A stretch of 64,000 nucleotides of DNA, taken from NCBI GenBank assembly GCA_965198235.1, contig OZ240248.1, forward strand, positions 2,656,001-2,720,000, in the 5' to 3' direction. Source of the DNA: Candidatus Poribacteria bacterium (GTDB lineage Bacteria > Poribacteria > WGA-4E > WGA-3G). The stretch's first letter is position 1, and each line of letters starts with the position of its first letter. Under the pieces are notes generated by a model, which had not been told where the DNA came from, made no database searches, and worked only from the letters and a program-made list of their open reading frames with translations. Shown piece by piece: positions 62,693-64,000 of the stretch. A program made the position numbers and the translations under genes.

Positions 62693-64000
62693 ATGCAGAC
62701 CTATACAGAACAAAATTTTGAAGATCACATCGAACACCACCTAAATCAGTCGGGCTACCGGTCGTTACAATCTACTGACTATGATAAATCCCTCTGCCTG
62801 GTCCCCAATGAGACGCTGCAATTTATTCAGGACACGCAACCGGAAATCTATCGGAGACTGGAACGTCAGTACGGCGGGGAGACACCGCAGAAACTTCTTG
62901 ACCGTGTGAGCAAACAGATTGCGAGTCGTGGGGTGCTGGACGTGCTTCGAAAAGGCGTTAAGGATCGGGGGTGTGATTTTAAGCTAACCTACTTCCGTCC
63001 ATCGAGTGGCATGAATCCCGACCATCAACGGCTCTACGCGCAGAACCGATTCTCCCTGATCCGACAACTGCATTACTCACAGCGGAACGAGAAATCGCTC
63101 GATATGACCCTGTTCCTCAACGGGTTGCCGCTGGTGACGATGGAACTGAAGAACAGCCTCACCGGTCAGGTTGTCACGGATGCGGAAAAACAGTACCGAA
63201 CAGATCGGGATCCGAGAGAGCCGTTGTTCCAATTTAAGCGGTGTCTGGTGCACTTTGCGGTGGGCAACGAGAAGGTTTCAATGACGACCCACTTGCAAGG
63301 GGACGGGACACGCTTCTTTCCGTTTAACAAGGGGATCGAAAACCCGGTGAACCCGAAGGGGCACAAGACCGCTTACCTGTGGGAGGACATCCTACAACCC
63401 GATAATCTGATGGAGTTGATTAACAACTTTATCCATGAGCAGGAGACCGCAGAAAAGGTCTACGACTCCAAAATTGATGCGGTGAGAGATGAGAAGCACC
63501 GAGTGCTCGTTTTCCCGCGATACCATCAGCTTGATGTGATTCGTGAATTGGAAGCGGCTATCGTGAAAGAGGGGGTCGGACATAATTACCTCATCCAACA
63601 CACCACAGGGAGCGGCAAGTCGAACTCCATCGCATGGTTAGCGCATCTGCTAACGCATCTGTATCGCGCTCCGACGGATACAGATCGGATCTTCGACTCC
63701 ATCATCGTTGTAACCGATCGGCGCGTGCTTGACAAGCAGTTGCAGGACACCATCAAGCAGGTAGAACAGGTTGACGGCGTGGTGCATCCCGTTGATGCGA
63801 CTTCGGCGCAACTCAGGGGTTACCTCGAATCCGGCAAAGACATCATCATCTCGACGATTCAGAAGTTCAGTGTGATTGCTGAGGAGATTGGCAAACTCAA
63901 AAGCAAGACCTTCGCCGTGATTATCGACGAAGCACACTCCTCGCAGAGCGGTGAATCTGCAAGGAATCTCAGGATTTCGCTCTCGCAAGGGATTGGGTTA
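62693..64000 (+). CDS. hsdR: Type I R-M restriction subunit, 5' part
   Basis: D..LFLNGLP..MELK, HTTGSGKS, IIDEAH; open to the window end. Confidence 0.95.
   Translation, partial: MQTYTEQNFEDHIEHHLNQSGYRSLQSTDYDKSLCLVPNETLQFIQDTQPEIYRRLERQYGGETPQKLLDRVSKQIASRGVLDVLRKGVKDRGCDFKLTYFRPSSGMNPDHQRLYAQNRFSLIRQLHYSQRNEKSLDMTLFLNGLPLVTMELKNSLTGQVVTDAEKQYRTDRDPREPLFQFKRCLVHFAVGNEKVSMTTHLQGDGTRFFPFNKGIENPVNPKGHKTAYLWEDILQPDNLMELINNFIHEQETAEKVYDSKIDAVRDEKHRVLVFPRYHQLDVIRELEAAIVKEGVGHNYLIQHTTGSGKSNSIAWLAHLLTHLYRAPTDTDRIFDSIIVVTDRRVLDKQLQDTIKQVEQVDGVVHPVDATSAQLRGYLESGKDIIISTIQKFSVIAEEIGKLKSKTFAVIIDEAHSSQSGESARNLRISLSQGIGL

Noticed and set aside
57678-64000. Invertible hsdS shufflon
   Set aside because: Only one hsdS, no silent target recognition domains and no recombinase in the window.

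Overview
Bacterial genomic DNA, most likely Candidatus Poribacteria (inferred from the secreted LamG-type proteins ending in an 'AV.P..KL...WG..K' tail, PhyH dioxygenases, GH32-like propellers and dense intergenic palindromes). The window holds about 50 genes. Most are catabolic or transport genes. Others are minCDE, larA, bioD, a RelE/HigA-type toxin-antitoxin pair, an ABC-type ATPase plus PIN pair, an EhpF/EhpG-like adenylation and acyl-reductase pair beside PQQ-like propellers, and a type I R-M operon running off the right end. I found no rRNA, tRNA, CRISPR array, transposase or reverse transcriptase. The most unusual signals are structural. (1) Passenger genes are inserted into the first codons of hsdS and hsdR, leaving a stub of the old start and rebuilding a new one; the hsdS passenger is a GxxExxY gene inside a 43-bp inverted repeat. 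(2) Five G/T-rich mosaic arrays built from the same few modules sit at or inside hairpin repeats. (3) REP-like and MITE-like elements are nested in each other. (4) Several genes are eroded by internal deletion or truncation. All product calls come from motif recognition by eye, not database searches.
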